A stretch of 64,000 bases of DNA, from contig JAERTI010000020.1 of NCBI GenBank assembly GCA_016844925.1, forward strand, positions 97 to 64,096. Reading direction: 5' to 3'. Made by a program: the position numbers and the translations under genes. Below, in pieces: positions 27,812 through 38,215 of this stretch. The notes under the pieces are model-generated. The model made no database searches, had not been told where the DNA came from, and worked only from the letters and a program-made list of their open reading frames with translations. Position 1 is the first letter of the stretch, and each line of letters begins with the position of its first letter. Source of the stretch: Candidatus Uhrbacteria bacterium. Lineage in GTDB: Bacteria > Patescibacteriota > Patescibacteriia > UBA9934 > GWF2-40-263.

Positions 27812-28216
27812 ATGGAAGTTAAAGCAAAAGCACGATTCATTCGCATGTCGCCACGAAAAGTTCGTTTGGTGGTAGATTTGGTTCGAGGAATGACAGTTAA
27901 GGAGGCACAATCTCAGCTGAAGTTCATGAAGAAAGCTGCGGCAGTGCCTGTATCAAAGCTGCTCAATTCGGCTGTGGCAAATGCCGTCCACAACTTTAAC
28001 CTGGATGCGCAGAATCTCTACATCAAGGAAATTCTTGCAGATGGTGGGCCTGTCTTGGGTCGCTGGAGAGCGCGTGCGTTCGGACGAGCGGCACCTATTC
28101 GTAAGCGAACCACGCATATCTCGATCACACTTGATGAGAAGGAGGTCGCTCCAGCAAAGATTGCTAAAGTAGCAAAGCAGGCAAAAAAAGAATCCGCTAA
28201 GACCCCAACCAACTAA
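27812..28216 (+). CDS. rplV: 50S ribosomal protein L22
   Basis: SPRKVRLV, SAVANA, RAFGRA. Confidence 0.98.
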   Translation: MEVKAKARFIRMSPRKVRLVVDLVRGMTVKEAQSQLKFMKKAAAVPVSKLLNSAVANAVHNFNLDAQNLYIKEILADGGPVLGRWRARAFGRAAPIRKRTTHISITLDEKEVAPAKIAKVAKQAKKESAKTPTN

Positions 28217-28224
28217 CCAACCCT

Positions 28225-28872
28225 ATGGGACAGAAAGTACATCCAAAAGTATTCCGAATCGGCATCATCCGTGGATGGGACGGGGTTTGGTTTGCAAACA
28301 AGAAGAACTTCAAAAACCTACTCTCAGAAGATGTTGGTATCCGTGATTTCTTGAAGAAGAAGTTGAAGGATGCATTGGTAGATCGGATTGAAATTGAGCG
28401 ATCTCGTCAAGAGGTTCGTTTAATCATCCATTCCGCAAAGCCGGGTATTATTATCGGGCGTGGTGGTGCAGGTATTGAGGAGCTTACAAAGGCTCTCAAG
28501 AAACGTTTCTTCCGTGGTCGCCGAACAAAGCTCAGTATCAACGTGAAGGAAATTCAAAAGCCATCCCTTTCAGCTCAAGTGATTGCTCAGCAGATTGCCA
28601 CAGATATTGAAAAACGAATGCCATTCCGTCGTGTGATGAAGATGGCACGTGATCGTGTCCTTAAGGCTGGTGCGAAGGGGGTAAAGATTTCTGTTGGTGG
28701 CCGTTTGAATGGTGCTGATATTGCGCGAACCGAAACGGTTTCTCAAGGAAAGATTCCTCTTCACAATCTTCGTTCAGATATTGATTTTGCTTCTGTGATG
28801 GCACGAACCATTTGGGGAGCTATCGGAGTGAAGGTTTGGATTAACCGTGGTGAAGTCTTCGAGAAGAAATAA
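28225..28872 (+). CDS. rpsC: 30S ribosomal protein S3
   Basis: [22 protein letters not shown]. Confidence 0.99.
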   Translation: MGQKVHPKVFRIGIIRGWDGVWFANKKNFKNLLSEDVGIRDFLKKKLKDALVDRIEIERSRQEVRLIIHSAKPGIIIGRGGAGIEELTKALKKRFFRGRRTKLSINVKEIQKPSLSAQVIAQQIATDIEKRMPFRRVMKMARDRVLKAGAKGVKISVGGRLNGADIARTETVSQGKIPLHNLRSDIDFASVMARTIWGAIGVKVWINRGEVFEKK

Positions 28873-28879
28873 ACTGACT

Positions 28880-29299
28880 ATGCTGATTCCAAAGAAAGTA
28901 AAACATCGAAAGTGGCATAAGGGTCGTGGACGAGGAAAGCGCATCGCTACTCGCAAAACCACACTCGCTTTTGGCACAATCGGTTTGAAGGCTACTACCG
29001 AGGCTTGGGTTACTTCCCGTCAGATTGAGGCTGCACGTCGAGCTATGACACGTGCCGTAAAGCGTGGTGGTAAGATTTGGATTCGTATTTTTCCTAACAA
29101 GCCCGTAACGGCAAAAGGATCGGAGATGCCTATGGGTAAGGGAAAAGGTGCTGTAGATCATTATGTCAGCGTTGTACGCCCAGGAACGGTACTCTTTGAG
29201 ATGGCTGGTGTTGATGAAGAGTTGGCACGAAAAGCTTTGACACTGGCGGCTCACAAGCTTCCGGTGAAGTGGAAGATTGTTACTCGAGACATGATGTAA
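28880..29299 (+). CDS. rplP: 50S ribosomal protein L16
   Basis: QIEAARR, WIRIFP, MGKGKG. Confidence 0.99.
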   Translation: MLIPKKVKHRKWHKGRGRGKRIATRKTTLAFGTIGLKATTEAWVTSRQIEAARRAMTRAVKRGGKIWIRIFPNKPVTAKGSEMPMGKGKGAVDHYVSVVRPGTVLFEMAGVDEELARKALTLAAHKLPVKWKIVTRDMM

Positions 29300-29303
29300 G
29301 TAT

Positions 29304-29510
29304 ATGACGGCAAAAGTACTAAACGACAAATCCGTAAATGCTCTAGAGAAGGAGCTTGAAGAAGCAGTGAGCCACTTAAAAGAGCTCCGCTTCAAGATTT
29401 CAGCAAACCAGCTGAAGAACGTACGTGACGTGCGTAAGACACGTCAGACCATTTCACGGATCCGAACTATCCTCGCTCAGAAGAAGCGAGAAGCTGAACA
29501 GCAGAACTAA
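29304..29510 (+). CDS. rpmC: 50S ribosomal protein L29
   Basis: Position in operon; LRF...QLKN...ISRIRT. Confidence 0.95.
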   Translation: MTAKVLNDKSVNALEKELEEAVSHLKELRFKISANQLKNVRDVRKTRQTISRIRTILAQKKREAEQQN

Positions 29511-29514
29511 TTGT

Positions 29515-29763
29515 ATGACTACTCAAACCATTAAACGAAAACTGACCGGAACTGTCGTCTCAACAAAGATGGACAAGACGATTGTGGTAAGCGTAGATCG
29601 TACGGTTGTGCATCCGAAGTACGGGAAGCGTTACGTGCAGAGCCGGAAGTATCATGTTCACGATGAGCACGGTGCCTATAAGGTTGGAGAGAAGGTAACC
29701 TTTCAGCAGTGTCGACCCTATTCTAAAACCAAGTGCTGGCGAGTGCTAAGCAAACAAGCATAG
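29515..29763 (+). CDS. rpsQ: 30S ribosomal protein S17
   Basis: [21 protein letters not shown]. Confidence 0.98.
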   Translation: MTTQTIKRKLTGTVVSTKMDKTIVVSVDRTVVHPKYGKRYVQSRKYHVHDEHGAYKVGEKVTFQQCRPYSKTKCWRVLSKQA

Positions 29764-29767
29764 ACGT

Positions 29768-30139
29768 ATGGTTCAGAATCAATCAATGCTAAAAGTAGCG
29801 GATAATAGCGGGGCCAAGAGGCTCATGGTTATTCGAGTACTTGGTGGATATCGCAAGCGATACGCAGGGATTGGCGATATTGTAACTGCCACCGTTAAAG
29901 AGGCGATCCCGCACGGCAACATCAAGAAAAGTGACATTGTTACAGCAGTAATTGTACGCACTCGAAAAGAAACCCGCCGTGATAATGGGACATACATCCG
30001 TTTTGATGAGAATGCAGCTGTGATTATCGATAAGAAGTCAAAGGAACCAAAGGGTACACGTATCTTTGGGCCGGTTGCACGCGAACTCCGTTCATTGGGG
30101 TATAAAAAGATTATTTCTCTGGCCCCTGAGGTCCTCTAG
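29768..30139 (+). CDS. rplN: 50S ribosomal protein L14
   Basis: [23 protein letters not shown]. Confidence 0.99.
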   Translation: MVQNQSMLKVADNSGAKRLMVIRVLGGYRKRYAGIGDIVTATVKEAIPHGNIKKSDIVTAVIVRTRKETRRDNGTYIRFDENAAVIIDKKSKEPKGTRIFGPVARELRSLGYKKIISLAPEVL

Positions 30140-30143
30140 ATCT

Positions 30144-30467
30144 ATGAAGATTAAGACAGGCGACAACGTCCGAATTCTTTCGGGAAAAGATAAGGGAAAG
30201 CAGGGAAAGGTTCTTCAGGTATTTCCAAAACTGAACCGTGTGGTGGTTGATGGTTTAAACATGTTGACCAAGCACCTTCGTTCTCAGGGAGACCGTCCAG
30301 GACAAAAGATTCAGTTTCCTGCGCCACTACACGTTTCTAATGTACAGCTTGTTTCCTCTAAGAGCGGAACTTCTGGGCGTGTGGGGTACAAAATTATTGA
30401 AAAGGATGGTAAGCGAAGTAAGATTCGCGTGATCCGTTCAAAGGGTCAGTCAGAGGATATCGAATAA
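30144..30467 (+). CDS. rplX: 50S ribosomal protein L24
   Basis: GKDKGKQG KOW motif, LHVSNV. Confidence 0.97.
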   Translation: MKIKTGDNVRILSGKDKGKQGKVLQVFPKLNRVVVDGLNMLTKHLRSQGDRPGQKIQFPAPLHVSNVQLVSSKSGTSGRVGYKIIEKDGKRSKIRVIRSKGQSEDIE

Positions 30468-30471
30468 TATT

Positions 30472-31014
30472 ATGGCTTTTAAAGCGTTTTACAAACAAGA
30501 AGTTGTTCCAAAACTCACTGAAGAGTTTGGTTTTGAGAACATCAATGCTGTTCCAACGATCAAGTCGATTACCTTGAATGTAGGTCTCGGGTCTGGATTG
30601 AAGGATGCAAAGTTCATTGAAACAGCAGAGAACACATTAACGCGCATTTCGGGGCAAAAGCCTGTTATGACCAAAGCCAGAAAGTCAATTGCTGGATTCA
30701 AGATTCGAGAAGGAAACGTGGTTGGCATGAAGGTGACGCTGAGAGGTGAGCGAATGTGGAACTTCTTGGAAAAGCTCATCAAGGTGTCGTTGCCACGTGT
30801 ACGAGACTTCCGTGGCCTTTCCCCAAACGCCTTTGATGGTCAAGGGAACTATTCAATGGGATTCAAAGAGCACATGGCTTTTCCAGAGATTCGCAGTGAC
30901 GAGATTGAACAGGTTCATGGATTGCAGGTGACCATCGCTACGACAGCGACAGACGATGAACAAGCTCGATCACTCCTCACACATCTTGGACTTCCACTCA
31001 AAAAGCAGGCATAA
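30472..31014 (+). CDS. rplE: 50S ribosomal protein L5
   Basis: GQKP, FKIREG, PRVRDFRG. Confidence 0.99.
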   Translation: MAFKAFYKQEVVPKLTEEFGFENINAVPTIKSITLNVGLGSGLKDAKFIETAENTLTRISGQKPVMTKARKSIAGFKIREGNVVGMKVTLRGERMWNFLEKLIKVSLPRVRDFRGLSPNAFDGQGNYSMGFKEHMAFPEIRSDEIEQVHGLQVTIATTATDDEQARSLLTHLGLPLKKQA

Positions 31015-31017
31015 CCT

Positions 31018-31203
31018 ATGGCAACCCAAAATCAAATTGCTAAATCAAAGAAGCGGCCAAAGTTCTCAACGCGAACAGTGAATCGTTGCTGGCGTTGTGG
31101 GCGAAACCGTGGGTACATGCGCGCGTTTGGCGTGTGCCGTATCTGTTTCCGAGAGCTTGCGAACCGAGGGGAAATTCCTGGTGTAAGAAAATCAAGTTGG
31201 TAG
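31018..31203 (+). CDS. rpsN: 30S ribosomal protein S14, short zinc-binding type
   Basis: 61 aa, RCWRCG...CRICFR. Confidence 0.98.
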   Translation: MATQNQIAKSKKRPKFSTRTVNRCWRCGRNRGYMRAFGVCRICFRELANRGEIPGVRKSSW

Positions 31204-31204
31204 T

Positions 31205-31597
31205 ATGATGACCGATCCAATTTCAGACATGTTGACACGCATTCGTAATGCGCAGATGGTCCGTAAATCTGACGTGTCTTTACCTTACTCAAAATTGAAG
31301 TTCGCTCTAGCTAAGCTCTTGGAGAAAGAGGGTTATGTTGGAAAAGTGGAGCGTACGGAAGTGGCAAAGTTCCCGGAACTTCGCATTGAGCTTAGTTACG
31401 AGGGCAAGGCCCCAAAGATTCAGACGGTTCGACGCGTGAGCCGACCTGGACGTCGCGTATATGCTAAATATACGGAACTTCCACGAGTACTTTCAGATTT
31501 CGGAATTGCTATCATCTCAACACCGAACGGAATGATGACTAACAAGGAGGCTCGAGCCCGACATCTTGGGGGAGAGGTTATTTGTGAGATTTCATAA
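31205..31597 (+). CDS. rpsH: 30S ribosomal protein S8
   Basis: DPISDMLTRIRNA, SRPGRR. Confidence 0.99.
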   Translation: MMTDPISDMLTRIRNAQMVRKSDVSLPYSKLKFALAKLLEKEGYVGKVERTEVAKFPELRIELSYEGKAPKIQTVRRVSRPGRRVYAKYTELPRVLSDFGIAIISTPNGMMTNKEARARHLGGEVICEIS

Positions 31598-31599
31598 GT

Positions 31600-32157
31600 A
31601 TGTCACGAGTTGGAAAAAAACCAGTAATCATCCCACAGGGCGTTGACGTCACCATTGATGGAAATACCGTGTCGGTAAAAGGCCCAAAAGGACAGCTCTC
31701 TGAGAGTCTGAACAGTGCTGTTTCAATTGAGCTTTCTGATACTGATGGCGCAAAAGCTGTTGGAGTATCTGTGGTGAATGAGAACGATAAGAATGAGCGT
31801 TCCCAATGGGGAACAGCAAGAGCTTTGATTGCCAACATGGTGGCAGGTGTCTCTGAAGGGTTCTCTAAGCAATTAGAGGTAAACGGTGTTGGATACCGCG
31901 TAAGCCTTTCTGGACGTGTATTGGTCCTGAATGTTGGTTACTCTCATGAGGTACGTTTCGAACTTCCAGAAGGCATTGATGCACAAGTTGAAGGAAATGT
32001 TATTACGATTACCGGCGCAAGTAAGCATCTCGTTGGAGAGGTAGCTGATAACATTCGAAAGATCCGTAAGCCAGAGCCTTACAAGGGTAAGGGTATTAAA
32101 TATGTCGATGAGGTCATCCGCCGAAAGGCAGGAAAGACTCAGAAGGCAGGTGAATAG
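31600..32157 (+). CDS. rplF: 50S ribosomal protein L6
   Basis: MSRVGK, PEPYKGKG. Confidence 0.99.
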   Translation: MSRVGKKPVIIPQGVDVTIDGNTVSVKGPKGQLSESLNSAVSIELSDTDGAKAVGVSVVNENDKNERSQWGTARALIANMVAGVSEGFSKQLEVNGVGYRVSLSGRVLVLNVGYSHEVRFELPEGIDAQVEGNVITITGASKHLVGEVADNIRKIRKPEPYKGKGIKYVDEVIRRKAGKTQKAGE

Positions 32158-32160
32158 TCT

Positions 32161-32511
32161 ATGAACTCCTCTAGCAAATTGCGCGCTGCAAAGCGCCGAG
32201 CCAATCGAACGCGCGCCCGACTGCACGGGACAAGCGAACGTCCACGTATGACCGTGACACGTTCTCTTAAGCATGTTTACGTTCAGCTTGTTGATGATGA
32301 TAAGGGTGTAACTGTAGCAGCAGCATCTGATAAGGATGTCACTGTAAAAGGTAAACCAGTTGAGATTGCTCAAGCTGTAGGTGCATTGATTGCCGAAAAA
32401 GCAAAGGCTGCAGGTCTAAGTCAGGCGATCTTTGATCGTGGGAGCTACCGTTTTCACGGTCGCGTCGCTGCGATTGCTGAAGGAGCCCGTGAAGCTGGGT
32501 TGAAAATCTAA
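32161..32511 (+). CDS. rplR: 50S ribosomal protein L18
   Basis: FDRGSYRFHGRV. Confidence 0.98.
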   Translation: MNSSSKLRAAKRRANRTRARLHGTSERPRMTVTRSLKHVYVQLVDDDKGVTVAAASDKDVTVKGKPVEIAQAVGALIAEKAKAAGLSQAIFDRGSYRFHGRVAAIAEGAREAGLKI

Positions 32512-32515
32512 ACGT

Positions 32516-33142
32516 ATGGCTGAACAAACAAAGACAACACAGAAGCAGAGTAACAACCGCTCACGGGGTGGTGACCACAGAAAGGGTCGCGGTCGTGGTC
32601 GCGGACGTCGTCCGGAGCGAGCTCCTCGTGAGTTCGAACAGAAGATTTTGGACCTCGCACGCGTAACACGTGTGACAGCTGGTGGAAAGCGCATGTCTTT
32701 CCGTTGTGCCTTGGTGATTGGTGATAAGAAAGGTCGTGTTGGATTTGGTGTAGCCAAAGGTGCAGACGTTCAGATCGCTATTGAGAAAGCCTACAAGCAG
32801 GCCAAAAAGAATGTCATTACGGTTCCACTCGTGAATGAGACGATCCCACATGTGGTCCGAGTGAAGTTTGGTGCGGCTCAGGTCCTGCTTAAGCCAGCTC
32901 CTGCCGGTACTGGACTGAAGGCTGGTGGAGCAATGCGTATGGTTCTGGAATTCGCTGGTGTTCCAAATGCTGTTTCAAAAATTTTGAATTCATCCAACAA
33001 GATCAACATCGCCAAAGCTACCCTTGAGGCTATTAAGCAGCTTCGAACTACTGAGAAGCCTGTCAGCAAGACGGCTCCAGCAGCAAAGGTAGAGAAAGGA
33101 GATGCAGAGGTTGTTGCTGATAAAGAGACAACCAAAGAATAG
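32516..33142 (+). CDS. rpsE: 30S ribosomal protein S5
   Basis: RVTRVTAGG, PAPAGTG. Confidence 0.98.
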   Translation: MAEQTKTTQKQSNNRSRGGDHRKGRGRGRGRRPERAPREFEQKILDLARVTRVTAGGKRMSFRCALVIGDKKGRVGFGVAKGADVQIAIEKAYKQAKKNVITVPLVNETIPHVVRVKFGAAQVLLKPAPAGTGLKAGGAMRMVLEFAGVPNAVSKILNSSNKINIAKATLEAIKQLRTTEKPVSKTAPAAKVEKGDAEVVADKETTKE

Positions 33143-33144
33143 GT

Positions 33145-33591
33145 ATGCCGCTTACATTAAATACAATTCATCCTAAAAAGGGTTCACGCAAGGCGAAGAA
33201 GCGCGTGGGACGTGGTTTGGCTTCCACGGGTCGTTACAGTGGCCGTGGTATTAAGGGTCAGCGTTCACGTTCAGGTGGAAAATCTGGTCTTGCTCTGAAG
33301 GGAATCCGTCAGATCATGCTTGCTATCCCTAAGAAAAAGGGATTTAAGAGCGGTCGACCAAAGGCACAGGTTGTGAATGTGGCCATGCTTAACCGTCACT
33401 TCAAACCTGGAGTAAAGGTAACGCCAAAGCTCCTTGTTCAAAAAGAGCTTATCTCAAACGCAACAGACCCCGTGAAGATCTTGGGTACCGGTTCTATCGC
33501 TATTGCCATCACACTTACAGATTGCAAGGTTTCTGACTCGGCCAAGAAAAAGATTGAGGACGCGGGTGGTACCGTAATCATTTCCAAATAA
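33145..33591 (+). CDS. rplO: 50S ribosomal protein L15
   Basis: KRVGRG, GRGIKGQRSRSG. Confidence 0.97.
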   Translation: MPLTLNTIHPKKGSRKAKKRVGRGLASTGRYSGRGIKGQRSRSGGKSGLALKGIRQIMLAIPKKKGFKSGRPKAQVVNVAMLNRHFKPGVKVTPKLLVQKELISNATDPVKILGTGSIAIAITLTDCKVSDSAKKKIEDAGGTVIISK

Positions 33592-33601
33592 CGTTCGTCT
33601 T

Positions 33602-34864
33602 ATGAACACGCTCCTTCGCATCTGGAAAGTGAAAGAGGTGCGCAACAGCATTCTCTTTATCATTGCCATGCTGATGATTTTCCGAGTCACAGCACATATT
33701 CCTGTACCGGGCGTAGATGCGAATGCCCTGAAGGATATCTTTGGTGGAAACCAGTTCTTTGGACTCTTGAATATCTTCTCTGGGGGTACTCTTGAAAGCT
33801 TCTCTGTAGTGGCCATGGGAGTGATGCCTTACATTACTTCCTCGATTATCTTCCAGTTGCTGGGCATGATTGTTCCTCAAATTGAGGAGATGCAGAAAGA
33901 AGAGCAGGGACGTCAGAAAATCAACCAGTGGACCCGTTTGGCCACAATTCCTCTGGCAGCTATTCAGGGATATGGTCTTATTCTGCTTCTTTCTCAGCAA
34001 GGAAACTTCTTTACCAGCACCAGTCCTTGGATGACCTTGTTTGCCATTGTGAGTATGACAACGGGAACAATGTTCCTGATGTGGATTGGAGAACTTATTT
34101 CTGAGAAGAACATTGGAAACGGTATTTCCATTCTGATTCTTGCTGGAATCATTGCGGGATTGCCAACCTTCTTGAGTCAGTCACTGTCAATTTACGATAA
34201 GAGCCAGCTCGTGACATTGATTCTATTCTTGGTTGCAACGATCATTACAGTGGTCAGCATCGTGATCATGAACGAGGCGCAGAGAAACATTCCTGTTCAG
34301 TACGCTCGTCACATGCGAGGTTCTCGGCTCTCTGGTTCGGTGAGTTCACATATCCCACTTCGTTTGAATATGGGTGGCGTGATTCCTATCATCTTTGCTA
34401 TCTCGATTGTCTTGTTCCCAACGATGATTGCTCAGTTTTTCATCAATGCACGGACAGAGTGGTTGCGTGAACTTGCAACATGGACACTGCAGATTTTCCA
34501 GAACCAGCTGTTCTACGGAGCGATTTACTTCCTGCTCGTATTCTTGTTTGCCTACTTCTACACAGCCGTGATTTTTCACCCAGATCAAGTTGCGGAAAAC
34601 ATTCAGAAGCAAGGTGGATTTATTCCAGGCATCAGACCTGGTAAGCAGACAGCTGACTATCTTGGTTGGGTTGTGAACCGATTGCTCTTTGTTGGAGCGA
34701 CCTTCCTTTCTCTGGTAGCTGTGCTCCCACTTATTGTTCAGCAGTTCACAGGGAACGCCTCGCTGGTGATTGGTGGAACTTCTATCCTGATTATCGTCGC
34801 GGTGGTGATCGATTCGGTCAAGCAGGTTGAGTCGCAACTGACTATGCGTGAGTACGATGTCTAA
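33602..34864 (+). CDS. secY: Preprotein translocase subunit SecY
   Basis: GVMPYITSSII, GNGIS, IPGIRPG, GGTS. Confidence 0.99.
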   Translation: MNTLLRIWKVKEVRNSILFIIAMLMIFRVTAHIPVPGVDANALKDIFGGNQFFGLLNIFSGGTLESFSVVAMGVMPYITSSIIFQLLGMIVPQIEEMQKEEQGRQKINQWTRLATIPLAAIQGYGLILLLSQQGNFFTSTSPWMTLFAIVSMTTGTMFLMWIGELISEKNIGNGISILILAGIIAGLPTFLSQSLSIYDKSQLVTLILFLVATIITVVSIVIMNEAQRNIPVQYARHMRGSRLSGSVSSHIPLRLNMGGVIPIIFAISIVLFPTMIAQFFINARTEWLRELATWTLQIFQNQLFYGAIYFLLVFLFAYFYTAVIFHPDQVAENIQKQGGFIPGIRPGKQTADYLGWVVNRLLFVGATFLSLVAVLPLIVQQFTGNASLVIGGTSILIIVAVVIDSVKQVESQLTMREYDV

Positions 34865-34867
34865 AGT

Positions 34868-34896
34868 AAAAACCGATCCGAAAGGGTCGGTTTTTT
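34868..34896 (+). terminator. Terminator after secY
   Basis: AAAAACCGATCC-GAAA-GGGTCGGTTTTTT. Confidence 0.75.
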
Positions 34897-34937
34897 GGTC
34901 TCGACGTTCAGTATCTGTCTGTTATACTAGGGGTCGT

Positions 34938-35555
34938 ATGCAATATAAAATTCTATTGATGGGTCCACAGGGAAGTGGAAAGGGGACACAGGCTGAGATT
35001 CTTTCTGAGCGATTGGGAATTCCTGCGTTTGGCATGGGACAGCTCCTTCGTGATGAAATTGCTTCAGGTTCTGATTTGGGAAATAAGTTTGACGAGATTT
35101 TAAAGAGAGGTGATCTGGTGTCTGATGAGGATGCTGCCTTGATGCTTCAGCGTCGGTTGGCAAAACCAGATACTGAACAAGGGTACATCCTTGATGGCTA
35201 CCCTCGTAATTTGTCGCAGTACGCAGCTTTCGATTTTGATGTGCCGACACACGTTCTTGTGATTGACATTCCGCGAGAGGAGTCTCTCAAGCGGCTTGGA
35301 GGGCGACTGACATGTCGCGGGTGCGGTAAGGTTGGTTCTGTGAGTGACGAGTTAAAAGCTGGTGATGCCTGTGATTGTGGTGGTGAATGGTATCAGCGTG
35401 ATGACGATACACCCACGGCCATCACTCGACGTTTGGAGATCTATGAGAATGATACCGCTCCTGTCATTGAGAAATATGCTGAGACGGTGAAGCATATTAA
35501 CGGCGTCGGAAGCATTGAGGATATTTCAGAGAGAATTGAAAACGTACTTTCATAG
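34938..35555 (+). CDS. adk: Adenylate kinase (Zn-binding LID)
   Basis: GPQGSGKGT, LDGYPR, CRGC...CDC, QRDDD. Confidence 0.95.
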   Translation: MQYKILLMGPQGSGKGTQAEILSERLGIPAFGMGQLLRDEIASGSDLGNKFDEILKRGDLVSDEDAALMLQRRLAKPDTEQGYILDGYPRNLSQYAAFDFDVPTHVLVIDIPREESLKRLGGRLTCRGCGKVGSVSDELKAGDACDCGGEWYQRDDDTPTAITRRLEIYENDTAPVIEKYAETVKHINGVGSIEDISERIENVLS

Positions 35556-35557
35556 TT

Positions 35558-36340
35558 ATGGCACTGACAAAAACAACAAAAGAAATAGATGCCATGCGCC
35601 GGGGCGGTGCGTTGCTTTCCCGTGCGCTCAAGGCAGCAGTTGACGCGGTGGCTCCTGGGGTGAAGCTTAGTGAACTCGACGCGATTGCAGAGAGCGTTAT
35701 TCGTGATGGTGGTGCTGAGCCATCATTTAAGGGTTACAAGGGCAGCCCAGACGATACTCCATTTCCCAGCACGGTCTGCATTTCTGTAAATGAGGAGATT
35801 GTTCATGGTCTTGGAAATCGTGATCGTGTCCTTCAGGAGGGAGATATTGTAGGTCTTGATATTGGACTCTGGCTGGAGGGACTTTGCACAGATATGGCGG
35901 TCACCGTTCCTGTGGGTGAGGTGAAGCCTGAGCTCATCGAACTCATGCGGGTAACGCGTGAGTCACTCATGAAGGGTGTTGAGGCAGCAAAGGTAGGTGA
36001 CGCGATTAAAGATATTAGCCGAGCAATTGAGGGTCACATCAAACCTCATGGCTATGGCATTGTGCGTGCGTTAGTGGGTCATGGCGTTGGTCACCAGGTT
36101 CATGAGGCACCACATGTACCAAACTTTGTTTCTCCTCGGTATCCGCACATTGAGATTCAGGAAGGTATGTGTCTTGCCCTGGAGCCGATGGTGAGCCTTA
36201 GTGGAGGTCATAAAGTTGATACAGCTGCAGACGGCTGGAGTATTGTTCTGGCAGATGGTTCTCCTGGGGCACACTTCGAGGTAACGATTGCCATCACAAA
36301 AGAGGGTGGTGCTGAGATCCTGACCCCACTACCTGTTTAA
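35558..36340 (+). CDS. map: Methionine aminopeptidase type I
   Basis: SVNEEIVHG, GHGVG...HE, EPM, HFE. Confidence 0.97.
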   Translation: MALTKTTKEIDAMRRGGALLSRALKAAVDAVAPGVKLSELDAIAESVIRDGGAEPSFKGYKGSPDDTPFPSTVCISVNEEIVHGLGNRDRVLQEGDIVGLDIGLWLEGLCTDMAVTVPVGEVKPELIELMRVTRESLMKGVEAAKVGDAIKDISRAIEGHIKPHGYGIVRALVGHGVGHQVHEAPHVPNFVSPRYPHIEIQEGMCLALEPMVSLSGGHKVDTAADGWSIVLADGSPGAHFEVTIAITKEGGAEILTPLPV

Positions 36341-36363
36341 CGCTATCGCGAGCGAAGCGATCT

Positions 36364-36765
36364 ATGAGAATTTTAGGCATCGACTACGGCGACAAAAAGA
36401 TTGGTCTTGCTTTTGGAGAAAGCGATGCTGACTTAGCTGTTCCGCTGGACGTGGTGCCCAACATGGGGGAAGAGACCATTAGAGTATTTGCCGAGCGAGC
36501 TAAAAGTGAGGACATCGATTTGGTCGTCGTGGGGGTACCACTTTCAACGGGAGGACACCACGATGCAACACAGCTAGAAAAGACGCGAGCATTTATTGCA
36601 GCGTTGAAAGAGGTTATTGAGATCCCTGTGGTAGAGCAGGATGAGTCCTACACCACGGCTGACAGTATTCGTTTGCAGAAAGAGGAGGGGGCCACGGCTG
36701 ACGAAGATGCCTTGGCGGCGATGTTGATTGTTAGATCTTACTTAGAGAAGGTTTCTAAGATGTAA
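36364..36765 (+). CDS. yqgF: YqgF/RuvX family nuclease
   Basis: LGIDYGDKKIGLA, VVGVP, DESYTT, DALAA. Confidence 0.93.
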   Translation: MRILGIDYGDKKIGLAFGESDADLAVPLDVVPNMGEETIRVFAERAKSEDIDLVVVGVPLSTGGHHDATQLEKTRAFIAALKEVIEIPVVEQDESYTTADSIRLQKEEGATADEDALAAMLIVRSYLEKVSKM

Positions 36766-36784
36766 CTAAAGTTTGCACAGCAGT

Positions 36785-37117
36785 ATGAACCTTGATCAGA
36801 TACAAGCGTTGATTTCAGCTAACGCTGAACGGTACGCCAAAAAACATGGCGTGACGATAGATCGGGAATTTTTGTTTTTGAAACTCATGGAAGAATCTGG
36901 GGAGTTGGCAGAGGCCATGCTCATTCATGAGGGGCAATGTCGAACAAGAAAAAAGGTTGATCAAGCTGAAGCTAAGTTGCAACTTGAAAATGAACTTGCT
37001 GATGTTTTGGGGACGGTGTTGTTGATGGCATCAGTGTTTGATGTTGATGTGTTATCTGCGCTTGACCGAAAGACCCTACAAAAGGGAAAAAAATACCTTG
37101 AAGAGCAAGGTAAGTAA
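36785..37117 (+). CDS. MazG-like nucleotide pyrophosphohydrolase
   Basis: KLMEESGELAEA...ELADV. Confidence 0.85.
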   Translation: MNLDQIQALISANAERYAKKHGVTIDREFLFLKLMEESGELAEAMLIHEGQCRTRKKVDQAEAKLQLENELADVLGTVLLMASVFDVDVLSALDRKTLQKGKKYLEEQGK

Positions 37118-37144
37118 AAAGACAGCGTAATGCTGTCCGTGTTG

Positions 37145-38215
37145 CTACGAAACGAGGTGTCGTAGCGTGATAGGAAGCGCTTGAGCTAGATGCTCGAGCG
37201 TATTTTTGCATTCGATGCCCCGAGCGATTTCTTCTCGATATCGCTGAGATCTTCGGGAGATTTCCATGAGTGCTGCTTGTTGCACGGCTGCGTCATCAGC
37301 AATGCCTATGTGGAGTCGATTGACACCCATCTCAGGAGCGAATCGCATTTGCCCCATTGGATTTACCGAAGGGTCGGGGCAAGAGCGGTTGATGAGTGCT
37401 TGCAAGAGACGGAAGTTTTCAACGTCTTTGTCGTACGTTGTTGGTCCGCCTGAGTAGGCTGGCATCACCGTGTTTCCCAGGTCTGCTGTTGCAGCAACAA
37501 ACGCGAGGTTGACTGGGTGGTCTGGTGCCAGGGCAAACGCCGGGAACGTTTCGAACTTCACATAGGCGCTGTTGTGCCCTGCTGCGAAGTCGTGCCAGAG
37601 CTGAGAGAGAATTACACCAAATTTCCCACTGCCGCCACCTGGGCTCACCATGAGCATGGGGCGGTCATTACCTGGGAGCCAGGGGGATTCGGCGAAGGGA
37701 TGATCTCGATTCAGGATCTTCACCGAAGGGTAGCCCTCGATGAAGCCGTGTTGCACGAACCGAATACCAAGTTCCGAAAGGCTCTTTTGGAGGAAGCGGT
37801 TGAGGCGCGCTCTCTGTTCAGTGCTGATACCCTCGTGCACCATGGTAAGTACCCCATGGTGCACACGGATTCCTGCCTGATCCAAGCAGTTGATCAGCCT
37901 GATAGTCTCGTCGTCGTACCAGAGTGACGTGTCGCCGCGTAGGCGTGGTCGCAAGATGTCGCGCGCGCTCACCACAACCACAATTTCGAAATGCTCTTTT
38001 AGCTCACCCAGGAGTCGCAGCTTCAAGTTGGGGTCATAGCCGGGGAGCACACGTGCGGCGTGCTGGTCGTCGTAGGCCTTTCCACCGAACTCAACATACG
38101 TGTTGCCTCCTGCCGGCGTTTGGTCCATGCGACGGAGGATTTCTGTGAGTTGAGTGTGTAGATAGCGCTCACTATCGAAGGCGATGACGGTCTCCCTTGC
38201 CGTGGCTCCAATCAT
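37145..38215 (-). CDS. DUF1846 (UPF0371)-like protein, C-terminally short
   Basis: FDSERY..Q, EFGGK..DD.HAARVLPG, PGGGSGK, KFETFP, HPVNLA, MGVN. Confidence 0.85.
   Translation of the reverse strand: MIGATARETVIAFDSERYLHTQLTEILRRMDQTPAGGNTYVEFGGKAYDDQHAARVLPGYDPNLKLRLLGELKEHFEIVVVVSARDILRPRLRGDTSLWYDDETIRLINCLDQAGIRVHHGVLTMVHEGISTEQRARLNRFLQKSLSELGIRFVQHGFIEGYPSVKILNRDHPFAESPWLPGNDRPMLMVSPGGGSGKFGVILSQLWHDFAAGHNSAYVKFETFPAFALAPDHPVNLAFVAATADLGNTVMPAYSGGPTTYDKDVENFRLLQALINRSCPDPSVNPMGQMRFAPEMGVNRLHIGIADDAAVQQAALMEISRRSQRYREEIARGIECKNTLEHLAQALPITLRHLVS

Noticed and set aside
36346-36362. ATCGCGAGCGAAGCGAT mini-hairpin between map and yqgF as a REP or nick-site element
   Set aside because: Single short copy in the window; no associated transposase or Rep gene
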